Source of the DNA: an uncultured Bordetella sp.
GTDB taxonomy: Bacteria; Pseudomonadota; Gammaproteobacteria; Burkholderiales; SG8-39
DNA length: 64,000 nucleotides
Assembly (NCBI GenBank): GCA_964564865.1
Contig: CAZMDA010000001.1
Location: 35,939-99,938 of the forward strand
Direction of reading: 5' to 3'
Positions 10,325 to 20,641 of the stretch are shown here, piece after piece (the stretch's first letter is position 1; each line of letters begins with the position of its first letter). The translations under genes were made by a program, and so were the position numbers. The notes below the pieces were generated by a model. It was not told the DNA's origin, searched no databases, and worked only from the letters and a program-made list of their open reading frames with translations.

Positions 10325-10386
10325 CCCCGTTCCCGCCGGGGGGAACGGGGTTACCGGGGGGAGCCGCCGTGACGGTTCCCCCCGGT
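10325..10386 (-). other. two tandem GC-rich intercistronic hairpins between the SBP and permease genes
   Basis: CCCCGTTCCC (10325-10334) pairs with GGGAACGGGG (10341-10350). ACCGGGGGGA (10353-10362) pairs with TCCCCCCGGT (10377-10386). Confidence 0.6.
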
Positions 10387-10391
10387 TGCGC

Positions 10392-11762
10392 TCAACCTGC
10401 GACCTGCTTGATGCGCGCGATCATCTCATCGACCGCTTTCTCCACGGTCCACTTCTCGCTCACCACGCGGTTCATCGCCTTGGCCCAGACGTTCTCGTTG
10501 TTGAGGATCGTGAACTTGTAGTTCTTCGTGAACTCGAACGGCACCGTGCCGGCGGAGAACTGGTTGTGCACGATCAGCCGGTGCGGGTCGTTCTTCCAGA
10601 AGTCCCGCGCCACGCCCGACTTGGTCACCGGGTACCAGCGCCCGAGCGCGCCCTCGACGAACGGGATCAGGTTCTCGTCCTCCAGGATGAAGGCGATGAA
10701 CTCCTTGCCGCGCTTCTTGTTCTTGGCGTCGGCGAACATGACCCCGGTCTTGACCGCCGCGCGGTAGACGAACGGCTTGCCGTCGGGCTTGTTGGGGAAC
10801 GCTGCGGTGGCGATCAGCTCGGTCGCGTTCCTCTTGGCCTGCTCGCGCTCCTCCGGCTTCAGCTTCTCATTGGTCGAGTCGTCCACCCACTTCGAGACAA
10901 TCGAGATGGTGGCGTTGTGCGTCATCATGATCGTCTTGTTGTGGAAGGCGACGTTGTTGTCCGGGTCCTTCCAGCTGACCGAGGAAGGCGGGGTGCAGCC
11001 GCGCGTGAAGATGTCGGTGTAGTCCTTCATCGCCGCGACCAGGCCCCGCTTGACCTTCGGGTCGTCCACGGTCAGCTTGCCGTTGGCGTCGACCAGGCTG
11101 ACGTTGTGCGCGTCCATGAACGTGAGGAAGGAATAGAACGAGTCGGTCGAGTCCACGCCCATCGGGTGGCCGATGGCGTAGCTGCGCTTGCCCGAGGCCT
11201 TGCGGTGCGCAGCCTGCGCCTTGCCGCACCAGAAGTCCCAGTAGCCCTTCCAGTTCTTCGGGATGTCGGCCTCCTTCAGGCCGGCTTCCTTCAGCATGTC
11301 CTTCCAGTACTGGATGTGGATCGTCTGCTGCTCGAGAGGGAAGGCGTAGTAGGCGCGCTTCTTCGCCGCGTCGTTCCACAGGAAGGTGGTCTCGATGGTG
11401 TTCTTGAGGAACCGGTCCTTGATCGGGTTGATGACGTCCGAGATGTCCTCGAGCTTGCCGTCGAACGCCCACTTGCTGGTGACCTGGAAGTCGTAGACAT
11501 GGCCGAAGGCGACGTCGGGCACGTTCTTCGCGTCGAGCGCGGCGACGGTCTTCGGGATGATCTCCTGCACCGCGTAGCGGGACAGCTCGACCTTCACCCC
11601 GGTCTTCTTCTCGAACTTGGCCACCATGTCGTCGAGCGCCTTGTCCTCGGCGGCGTAGAAGCCCTTGGTGAACCAGACCACCAGCTTTTCCTGCGCGGCG
11701 GCCGGCTGCGCGAACGCGAGCGCGGCGGCGCAGGCGATGGCGCACAATCCTGTGCTTTTCAT
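10392..11762 (-). CDS. ABC transporter extracellular solute-binding protein (family 1, sugar type)
   Basis: 456 aa. Signal peptide MKSTGLCAIACAAALAFAQPAAAQ. Strong RBS GGAGGAGG upstream. Confidence 0.85.
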   Translation of the reverse strand: MKSTGLCAIACAAALAFAQPAAAQEKLVVWFTKGFYAAEDKALDDMVAKFEKKTGVKVELSRYAVQEIIPKTVAALDAKNVPDVAFGHVYDFQVTSKWAFDGKLEDISDVINPIKDRFLKNTIETTFLWNDAAKKRAYYAFPLEQQTIHIQYWKDMLKEAGLKEADIPKNWKGYWDFWCGKAQAAHRKASGKRSYAIGHPMGVDSTDSFYSFLTFMDAHNVSLVDANGKLTVDDPKVKRGLVAAMKDYTDIFTRGCTPPSSVSWKDPDNNVAFHNKTIMMTHNATISIVSKWVDDSTNEKLKPEEREQAKRNATELIATAAFPNKPDGKPFVYRAAVKTGVMFADAKNKKRGKEFIAFILEDENLIPFVEGALGRWYPVTKSGVARDFWKNDPHRLIVHNQFSAGTVPFEFTKNYKFTILNNENVWAKAMNRVVSEKWTVEKAVDEMIARIKQVAG

Positions 11763-11834
11763 GATGTCCTCCTCCCCAGTGTACGGAACGGTCTGCGACG
11801 GAATGCGCGGGCAAGGCTAGCGCGGCGGGAGGGG

Positions 11835-11855
11835 TTGGTCAAGTGGCCTGACCAA
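11835..11855. promoter_or_regulatory. candidate GntR/FadR-type operator TTGGTCA-N7-TGACCAA
   Basis: Perfect 7-bp inverted arms in the divergent region between the SBP operon and the SDR/FAH pair. On the minus strand it overlaps a TTGACC -35-like hexamer. Confidence 0.45.
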
Positions 11856-11933
11856 TTGACGCCGGGCATGGCCCCCGCCGCTGCTGGCGGCGCCCGGCGC
11901 GGCCGGTTGCGCGGGCGTGCGCGGCGCGTCGGC

Positions 11934-13572
<1,639 letters not shown>

Positions 13573-13575
13573 CGC

Positions 13576-14466
13576 CTAGCGGAACTGCGAGGTCATGAAG
13601 TTGAGCCGCTCGGCCATGGCGGTGAGCATCGCCATGCCGAAGGCGGGGCTCGACTTCACCAGCGCGACGAAGTCGTTGCGGTTCAGGCCCAGCAGCTCGC
13701 AGTCGGCCTCGGCGGCGGCATCGGCACTGCGCGGCGACTGGTCCACCAGCGCCATCTCTCCGAATGTGCCGCCGGCGCCGACCCGGTCCACCACCTTGCC
13801 CTGGATCGAGATCGCCACCACGCCGGCGGCGACGATGTACATGAACGCCCCGGTATCGCCCCGCTTCATGATGGACTGGCCGGCGGCGTAGCGCACCGGC
13901 TCGCGGTCGCGCAGCAGCGTGCGCAGCCCGGCCATCAGCTTCTTGTCGAACACGCTGGAGGGCTTGGCCTCGCCCTTGTCCTCGATGGCCTTGCCGCGCT
14001 GCAGCGCGGCCGCGGTCTGACGGATGCGCAGGATCATGATCGCCAGCAGCATCAGCGCGAACTCGGGCTTGGCCTGGAGGCCGGCCTCGAACTGCTTGCC
14101 GTCGATGGACATGACGCGGCAGTTGGTCTTCGCCGTCGCGGTGGCGCTGCGCGGCTGATGGATCAGCGTCGCCATTTCGCCGAAGATCTCGCCCACCTTG
14201 ACCGTGCCCAGCGCCTTGCCGCCCACCGACAGGGCGACTTCGCCCTCCAGCACCAGGTACATCTTGTCGTTCTTCGAGAACAGGCCGCTGGTCTTGTCGT
14301 CCTTGGCGAACAGCACGCCGCCGGCCGGCACCGTCTCGCCCTTGCCGGCGCCGCGGAAGAACTCCATCGCCACCGCGGCGTTGTAGACCGGGCTCGCGGC
14401 CGGCCGCGCCGCTTCGGGCGCCGCCACCCGCCCGGGCGTGGTCTTGGAGAAGTCCAGGTCGCTCAC
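13576..14466 (-). CDS. stand-alone protein with two cyclic-nucleotide-binding (CAP-ED) domains
   Basis: 296 aa with a GTG start. Two copies of the phosphate-binding cassette pattern (GEIFGEMATLIHQPRSATATA and GGTFGEMALVDQSPRSADAAA). No HTH or other output domain. Confidence 0.75.
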   Translation of the reverse strand: MSDLDFSKTTPGRVAAPEAARPAASPVYNAAVAMEFFRGAGKGETVPAGGVLFAKDDKTSGLFSKNDKMYLVLEGEVALSVGGKALGTVKVGEIFGEMATLIHQPRSATATAKTNCRVMSIDGKQFEAGLQAKPEFALMLLAIMILRIRQTAAALQRGKAIEDKGEAKPSSVFDKKLMAGLRTLLRDREPVRYAAGQSIMKRGDTGAFMYIVAAGVVAISIQGKVVDRVGAGGTFGEMALVDQSPRSADAAAEADCELLGLNRNDFVALVKSSPAFGMAMLTAMAERLNFMTSQFR

Positions 14467-14530
14467 GGCGCAAGTTTAATACGCCGGCGCCGGGTCGGGG
14501 GCGGGGCCGCCTTGGCGCGGCGCAGCGGGC

Positions 14531-15304
14531 CTAGCCGGCGTGCCGTCCGCGGAACGCCCAGCGCGTGAAGCGGCGCTCGATGAGCGCGGTGATGGCGTAC
14601 AGCACGATGCCCAGCACCGCCAGCACCAGCAATCCGGCGAACACGATCGGCACCTGGAACGCGGCCTGCGCGTCCAGCATCAGCTTGCCGATGCCGCGGT
14701 TGGAGCCCACCGTCTCGGACACCACCGCGCCGACGAAGGCGAGCGTGATCGCCACTTTCAGGGAGCCGAAGAAGTAGGGCAGCGAGCGCGGGATGCCGAC
14801 CTTGCGCATGACGTCCAGCTTCGAGGCGCCCAGCGCGCGCAGCACGTCCTCCAGCTCGGGCTCGGTGGTGGCGAGGCCGGTGGCGACGTTGACCACGATG
14901 GGGAAGAAGGAGATCAGGAACGCGGTCAGCACCGCCGGCACCTCGCCGATGCCGAACCACAGGATGAGCACCGGCACCACCGCCACCTTGGGCACCGAGT
15001 TGAAGCCGACCAGCACCGGATAGATGCCGGCATAGATGGCGCGGTGCCAGCCGACGCCGATCCCGAGCAGCAGGCCGAACACCGTGGCGATCAGGAACCC
15101 GAGCAGCGTCGTCCACAGCGTGACCACGGAGTTGGAGGCGATCGGGTCGCGGTACTGCCACAGCGCGGCGAACACGTCCGAGGGCGCCGGCAGGATGGTG
15201 AGCGGCACCGAGAACGCGACGCACACCAGCTCCCAGGCGGCGAACATCGCCACCACGAACGCCGCGGGCGAGAGCACCTTGATCGCGAACTCGCGCCGGT
15301 CCAT
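14531..15304 (-). CDS. NitT/TauT-family ABC transporter permease
   Basis: ATG at 15304 overlapping the upstream stop. Six-TM BPD permease with ALGASKLDVMRKVGIPRSLPY EAA-like loop. Confidence 0.85.
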   Translation of the reverse strand: MDRREFAIKVLSPAAFVVAMFAAWELVCVAFSVPLTILPAPSDVFAALWQYRDPIASNSVVTLWTTLLGFLIATVFGLLLGIGVGWHRAIYAGIYPVLVGFNSVPKVAVVPVLILWFGIGEVPAVLTAFLISFFPIVVNVATGLATTEPELEDVLRALGASKLDVMRKVGIPRSLPYFFGSLKVAITLAFVGAVVSETVGSNRGIGKLMLDAQAAFQVPIVFAGLLVLAVLGIVLYAITALIERRFTRWAFRGRHAG

Positions 15305-16086
15305 CAATGGCGCCCGCCAATCAGCGCGCGCAGCTCGTGCACGATGTCCTGGAACGCCGGCGTGTACGTGACCTCGAGGTCGCGCGGCCGCGGCAGCACC
15401 ACCTCGCAGCGCTTGAGGATCCGGCCGGGCCTGTTCGACATCACGTAGACCGTGTCGGCGAGGAACACCGCCTCGCGCAGGTCGTGCGTCACCAGCATCA
15501 CGGTGACCTTGCGCTCGGCCTGGATGTCGCGCAGCACGCACCACAGCTCTTCGCGCGTGAAGGCGTCCAGCGCGCCGAAGGGCTCGTCCAGCATCAGGAT
15601 CTCCGGCTCGTGCACCAGGGCGCGGCAGATGGACGTGCGCTGCTGCATCCCGCCGGAGAGCTCCCAAGGGTGCTTGTCTGTGAAGCCGGCAAGGCCCACC
15701 GATTCGAGCAGCCGGCGCGCCTTGTCGCGGTACTGCCGGCGTTCGGCACCCATCCGGCTGCGGTAGGGTTCGACGATTTCCAGCGGCAGCAGCACGTTCT
15801 CCACCGCGGTGCGCCAGGGCAGCAGGTTCGAATTCTGGAACGCCATGCCCACCGATTTCAGCGGCCCGGATACCGGCTTGCCCTCGATTGCGAGCGTTCC
15901 CGAGGCCGGCGGATGCAGCCCCGAGATGAGCTTCATGAGCGAGGACTTGCCGCAGCCGGAGGGGCCGACCACGGCGATGAACTCGCCCCTGGCGATGCCG
16001 AGGCTGACCTGCTCGATCGCCGTGACCGCGGCCGCGCCGCGGCCGTAGGTCATCGAGACCCGATCGAGCCGGACGAGGTCCTGCAA
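15304..16086 (-). CDS. NitT/TauT-family ABC transporter ATP-binding protein
   Basis: 260 aa. [28 protein letters not shown]. Confidence 0.9.
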   Translation of the reverse strand: MQDLVRLDRVSMTYGRGAAAVTAIEQVSLGIARGEFIAVVGPSGCGKSSLMKLISGLHPPASGTLAIEGKPVSGPLKSVGMAFQNSNLLPWRTAVENVLLPLEIVEPYRSRMGAERRQYRDKARRLLESVGLAGFTDKHPWELSGGMQQRTSICRALVHEPEILMLDEPFGALDAFTREELWCVLRDIQAERKVTVMLVTHDLREAVFLADTVYVMSNRPGRILKRCEVVLPRPRDLEVTYTPAFQDIVHELRALIGGRH

Positions 16087-16087
16087 C

Positions 16088-17113
16088 CTACTTCACCCGC
16101 CGTTGCTCGAGCGGCGGCAGGTACTGCGCGGTGAATACGTCCGACGCCTTGGGCTTCGCCGTGAAGCTGAACGTCAGCGCGATCTGGTCGATGGAGCGCT
16201 CCAGCCGCTTCATGTCAACCGCGCCCAGGCCGTTCTTCTGCACATCCGGGGTGATGAAGTTCTTCTGCAGCGAGAGCTTCAGGCGCTCCAGTTCCACCTC
16301 GCGCCGGGCGATCGGGTTGCGCTTCATCAGCGAGTCGATCGCGGCCTCGGGGTTCCTCGCGGTGTCCTGGATGCCGCGGATCGTGGCCTTGACGAACCCC
16401 GACACCGCCTTGGGCGAGAAGCGCATGAAGTCCGGGTTGGCGATGATGGCGTTGCCGTACAGGTCCACGCCGTGGTCGCGCATGTGCAGCACCACGATCT
16501 GGTCGGCGGGCACGTTGTTGGCGCGCAGGTTCATGAACGAGGAGAACCAGAACCCGGTGATCGCGTCCACCTTGCCCTGCGCCAGCATCGGCTCGCGCAC
16601 CGGGAAGCCGACATTTTCGATCCGGACCTTCGAGGCGTCGATCCCGTTGGCCTTCACGAAGATCGGCCATTGGGCGTAGGCGCCGTCGGGCGCGGGCGCG
16701 CCCAGGATCCGGCCTTCCAGGTCCTTCGGCTTGGTGATGCCGGACTTCTTCAGCGTGACGATGGAGAAGGCCGGCGTGTCGTACACCATCATCACCGCCT
16801 TCACCGGCAGGTTGCGTGCGTTGTCGCGGTACTTGACCAGGGAATTGATGTCGGCGAAGCCCATCTCGTAGGCGCCCGAGGCCACCCGGTTGATGCCCTC
16901 GACCGAGCCCGAGCCCGGGTCGATGGATACCTCCAGCCCCTCGGCCTTGTAGTAGCCCTTGTCGATGGCGACGAAGTAGGGGGCGGCGGGCCCCTCGAAG
17001 CGCCAGTCCAGGGCGAAGCGGACCGGGGTCAGCTTCTGCGCCAGGGCGGAACTGGAGGACAGAGCGGCGAGCAGGGCTAGGCTCGCAGCGAACAGGGCTG
17101 TGGGAAGACGCAT
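16088..17113 (-). CDS. NitT/TauT-family (NMT1-like) periplasmic substrate-binding protein
   Basis: ATG at 17113 gives signal peptide MRLPTALFAASLALLAALSSSSALAQ. The longer track ORF (to 17281) adds an implausible leader. Confidence 0.8.
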   Translation of the reverse strand: MRLPTALFAASLALLAALSSSSALAQKLTPVRFALDWRFEGPAAPYFVAIDKGYYKAEGLEVSIDPGSGSVEGINRVASGAYEMGFADINSLVKYRDNARNLPVKAVMMVYDTPAFSIVTLKKSGITKPKDLEGRILGAPAPDGAYAQWPIFVKANGIDASKVRIENVGFPVREPMLAQGKVDAITGFWFSSFMNLRANNVPADQIVVLHMRDHGVDLYGNAIIANPDFMRFSPKAVSGFVKATIRGIQDTARNPEAAIDSLMKRNPIARREVELERLKLSLQKNFITPDVQKNGLGAVDMKRLERSIDQIALTFSFTAKPKASDVFTAQYLPPLEQRRVK

Positions 17114-17192
17114 GAAAGGGCTCCGGAATGGATGCTTCAAGTCTAATTTGGAGTAAGCTTTTGCGGCAAGCATCGTACGCAAGGAGCCTGCC

Positions 17193-18533
17193 ATGAACGA
17201 ACGCGCCCGCCCGGAAGCCGTCTCCACCTCGCTGGAGAACTCCGCCTTCTTCATGCCCTTCAGCATGAACCGGCACTTCAAGAAATCGCCGCGCCTGGTG
17301 ACGCGCGCCGAAGGGGTGCACTACCACACCGCCGACGGCCGCAGGATCATCGACGGCACTTCCGGCCTGTGGTGCGTCAACGCCGGCCACTGCCGGCCGA
17401 AGATCGTGGCCGCGGTGCAGAAGCAGGCAGCGCAGCTCGATTTCTCGCCGCCGTTCCAGCTCGGCAACCCGATGGCCTTCGAGTTCGCCGACCGGCTGAT
17501 CAAGATCGCGCCCAAGGGGATGACGCGGGTGTTCTTCGCCAACTCGGGCTCCGAGTCGGTGGACACGGCGCTCAAGCTGGCGCTCGGCTACCACCGGATG
17601 CGCGGCGAAGGCCATCGCGTGCGGCTGATCGGCCGCGAGCGCGGCTACCATGGCGTCAACTTCGGCGGCACCGCGGTGGGCGGCATCGTCGGCAACCGCA
17701 AGATCTTCGGCGCCCTGGTCTCCGGCGTCGACCACCTGCGCCACACCCATGACCTGGAGCGCAATGCCTTCTCGCGCGGTCAGCCGAAGCACGGCGCCGA
17801 GCTGGCGGATGACCTCGAGCGCCTGTGCGCGCTGCACGACCCCTCCACCATCGCCGCGGTCATCGTCGAGCCGGTGGCCTGCTCCGCCGGCGTGCTGGTG
17901 CCGCCGGTGGGGTACCTGGAGCGGCTGCGCGAGATCTGCACCAAGCACGGCATCCTGCTCATTTTCGACGAGGTGATCACCGCCTTCGGGCGCCTGGGCA
18001 AGCCTTTCGGCTCGCAGCACTTCGGCGTCACGCCGGACCTCATCACGAGCGCCAAGGGCATCACCAACGCCGCCGTCCCCATGGGCGCGGTGTTCATGAA
18101 GGAAGAGATCTATCAGGCCTTCATGGGCGGACCGGAGAAGGCGATCGAGATGCCGCACGGCTACACCTACTCCGCGCACCCGCTCGCCTGCGCCGCGGGG
18201 CTCGCGACGCTGGACGTGTACGAGGAGGAAGGGCTGCTGACGCGCGCCGCGGAACTGTGGCCCTACTGGGAAGAGCAGGCGCATTCGCTCAGGGGCCTGC
18301 CCAACGTCATCGACATCCGCAACATCGGCCTCATCGCCGCCATCGAGCTGGCGCCCTCCGCCGAGGGGCCGGGGCGGCGCGGGCTCGAGGCGCACGTGCG
18401 CGCGTTCGAGAAGGACGCCTACATCCGCGTCTCCGGCGACATCATCGCGCTGGCGCCGCCGCTCATCATCCAGAAGAGCGAGATTGACCAGCTGTTCGCG
18501 ACGGTGCGCGAGGTGCTGAAGACGCTGCCCTAG
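17193..18533 (+). CDS. class III aminotransferase (omega-amino acid:pyruvate type)
   Basis: 446 aa with AAGGAG RBS. GLWCVNAGH, NSGSESVDTALK, FDEVITAFGRLG, and PLP lysine in ITSAKGITN. Confidence 0.85.
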   Translation: MNERARPEAVSTSLENSAFFMPFSMNRHFKKSPRLVTRAEGVHYHTADGRRIIDGTSGLWCVNAGHCRPKIVAAVQKQAAQLDFSPPFQLGNPMAFEFADRLIKIAPKGMTRVFFANSGSESVDTALKLALGYHRMRGEGHRVRLIGRERGYHGVNFGGTAVGGIVGNRKIFGALVSGVDHLRHTHDLERNAFSRGQPKHGAELADDLERLCALHDPSTIAAVIVEPVACSAGVLVPPVGYLERLREICTKHGILLIFDEVITAFGRLGKPFGSQHFGVTPDLITSAKGITNAAVPMGAVFMKEEIYQAFMGGPEKAIEMPHGYTYSAHPLACAAGLATLDVYEEEGLLTRAAELWPYWEEQAHSLRGLPNVIDIRNIGLIAAIELAPSAEGPGRRGLEAHVRAFEKDAYIRVSGDIIALAPPLIIQKSEIDQLFATVREVLKTLP

Positions 18534-19717
18534 TCGGGGGCCGCGCCGCCACGGACCCAGCGGTCGAGGAGCTCACGTTCCTCCGCCGTCATCCCGGTGA
18601 CGTTCCCGGGCGGCATGATTTTTGTCAGCACGGCCTGCTGGTGGATCATCGTCGCCATGGCGCGGACGCGCTCCGCCGACTCCAGCGCCAGTCCCCTGGG
18701 TGCTTCCGCCAGGCCCGGGAACGACGGCTTCGCGGCGTGGCAGGAAACGCAGCGTAGGTCCATGACGCGCCGGACTTCCTCGAACTTCACCGCCGCGGCA
18801 CCGACCTCGCTGCGCGGCGCGAGCATCGCAGCCACCGCGATCAGGATAAGGATCGCCGCCGCCAGCGGCCAGGCCGGCGCCGCGCCCTTGTGGCGCATCA
18901 CGAACCAGACGCGGATCAGGGCGCCGGAGACGGTGAGCGCCACCAGCACCAGCCAGCCCCAGCGGCTGCCGAAGGTCATGGCGTAGTGGCTGGAGATCAT
19001 CACGAACAGCACCGGAAGCGTGAGGTAGGTGTTGTGGACGCTGCGCTGCTTGCCGGCCAGCGCATGCTTCGGGTCGGGTTCCCGGTGCTCCTGCTTCGCG
19101 CGCACCAGCTCGCGCTGGCCGGGGATGATGACGTGGGCGACGTTGCCCACCATGATGGTGCCGAGGATGGCGCCGTAGTGGATGTAGGCGCCGCGGCCGC
19201 TGAAGACGAGGGACAGCCCCCAGGCCGTCGCCGCGAGGAAAGCCAGCAGCACGGCGGCGAGCGCGGCGTCGTTGCGCCCCAGCGGCGAGCGGCACAGCCC
19301 CTCGTACACGGCAAGGCCGGCGACGAGGCTGGCGAGGCCGATGCCGACTGCCTGCGCCTTCGACAGCGGCATCACGGCCGGATCCACGAGGTAGGTTTCG
19401 GCATTGACGTAATAGAGCAGGACGAGCAGCGCAAAGCCGGTGACCCAGGTCCAGTAGGCCTCCCACTTGAACCAGTGCAGGCGTTCGGGCAGCGCCGGCG
19501 GCGCGAGCCGGTACTTCTGCGCGTGGTAGAACCCGCCGCCGTGCACCGCCCAGAGTTCGCCCGCGACGCCGCGCTCGCGATCCTCGGCGCGCTTCGGGGC
19601 CTCCAGGGAGTTGTCCAGCCAGATGAAGTAGAGCGAGGCGCCGATCCAGGCGATGCCCACGACCAGATGCGCCCAGCGCAGCAGCAGACCGAGCCAGTCG
19701 AGGAGGTAGGCCTCCAT
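18530..19717 (-). CDS. puuD: membrane urate hydroxylase, PuuD family (C-terminal cytochrome c domain)
   Basis: ATG at 19717 (MEAYLLDWLGLLLRWAHLVVGIAWIGASLYF). Multiple TM helices. C-terminal CVSCH heme-c motif. Adjacent to uraH and uraD. Confidence 0.75.
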   Translation of the reverse strand: MEAYLLDWLGLLLRWAHLVVGIAWIGASLYFIWLDNSLEAPKRAEDRERGVAGELWAVHGGGFYHAQKYRLAPPALPERLHWFKWEAYWTWVTGFALLVLLYYVNAETYLVDPAVMPLSKAQAVGIGLASLVAGLAVYEGLCRSPLGRNDAALAAVLLAFLAATAWGLSLVFSGRGAYIHYGAILGTIMVGNVAHVIIPGQRELVRAKQEHREPDPKHALAGKQRSVHNTYLTLPVLFVMISSHYAMTFGSRWGWLVLVALTVSGALIRVWFVMRHKGAAPAWPLAAAILILIAVAAMLAPRSEVGAAAVKFEEVRRVMDLRCVSCHAAKPSFPGLAEAPRGLALESAERVRAMATMIHQQAVLTKIMPPGNVTGMTAEERELLDRWVRGGAAPD

Positions 19718-19733
19718 CAGCGGCCCATGCGCG

Positions 19734-20087
19734 TCAGCTGCCCCGGTAGGTGGAGTAGCTCCAGGGCGAGCAGAGCAGCGGCACGTGCACGTTGGCCGCA
19801 GGATCGGCAATGCCGAAACGCACCGGCACGCGGTCCAGGAACGGCGGCTCGGGCAGCGCCAGGCCCTGGGCGCGGAAGTAGTCCGCGACATGGAACACCA
19901 GCCGGTACTGCCCCCTGGCGAAGGCGGGGCCTTCCGCCAGCGGCGCATCGGTCCTGCCGTCGGCGTTGGTGGTCGCTGCCTTGAGCGGCCGCCAGCGCCC
20001 GTCCTCCAGCACCGCCAACTCGACCTTCATGCCCGCCGCCGGCCTGCCGCCGGCGGTGTCCAGCACATGCGTGGTGAGCTTGCCCAT
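19734..20087 (-). CDS. uraH: 5-hydroxyisourate hydrolase (transthyretin-like)
   Basis: 117 aa. [20 protein letters not shown] start and C-terminal YSTYRGS signature. Confidence 0.9.
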   Translation of the reverse strand: MGKLTTHVLDTAGGRPAAGMKVELAVLEDGRWRPLKAATTNADGRTDAPLAEGPAFARGQYRLVFHVADYFRAQGLALPEPPFLDRVPVRFGIADPAANVHVPLLCSPWSYSTYRGS

Positions 20088-20612
20088 TCAGGCCTCCGCG
20101 ACCGGGCGGACCAGTTTCTCCAGGCGTCCGCGCGCGATGTGGCCGATCTGCTCCAGCGCGCGCGCGAACTCCGCCTCCGTTGCGTTGCCGATGCGGCTTT
20201 CAAGTTCGGCGAACACGCTCTCGCGCGTGGCATGCAGCGCGAGGGCGATGATGCAGGGAAAGCCGTGCCGCTCCCGATAGCGGCGATTCAGGTCCGACAG
20301 GCGCCTGAACTCCGCGCGGCCGAGCGCGTTGATCCCCAGGCGCGCCTGCTCGCCCGAGGAGTGGGCCGTCAGGCGGCTCGCCGCCGCCGCGCGGCCGGCG
20401 AGCTCCGGGTGCGCGCGGATCAGCGCGAGCTGCGCCTCGCGCGGCGCCTCGGCCACCACCGCCTGCATCGCGGCGACGAGCGCGGCGCGGTTGGCGAACG
20501 GCCGCCTGGCCAGGGCGCGCTCGGCGATCCAGGGAGAATGCTCGTAGACCGCGCCGAAGGCGTCGATGAACTCGAGGCGGTCCATGCGGTTGATCCGGTC
20601 CATGGGGTGCAT
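20088..20612 (-). CDS. uraD: OHCU decarboxylase
   Basis: FGAVYEHSPWIAERA, IRAHPELAG and NRRYRERHGFPCIIA blocks. The start is uncertain: ATG at 20612 or 20603. The 20660 start would overlap puuE. Confidence 0.8.
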   Translation of the reverse strand: MHPMDRINRMDRLEFIDAFGAVYEHSPWIAERALARRPFANRAALVAAMQAVVAEAPREAQLALIRAHPELAGRAAAASRLTAHSSGEQARLGINALGRAEFRRLSDLNRRYRERHGFPCIIALALHATRESVFAELESRIGNATEAEFARALEQIGHIARGRLEKLVRPVAEA

Positions 20613-20641
20613 CGGCGCCGGTAAGTATACTGGCGGCCACC

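Noticed and set aside
16088-17281. Extended N-termini from the ORF track: SBP to 17281, typA to 53114, ABC ATPase to 45736, LacI to 62385, TctC genes from 33853 and 45739
   Set aside because: The internal starts place signal peptides, P-loops or HTH motifs at their normal distance from the N-terminus and usually have an RBS. The extensions add atypical residues.
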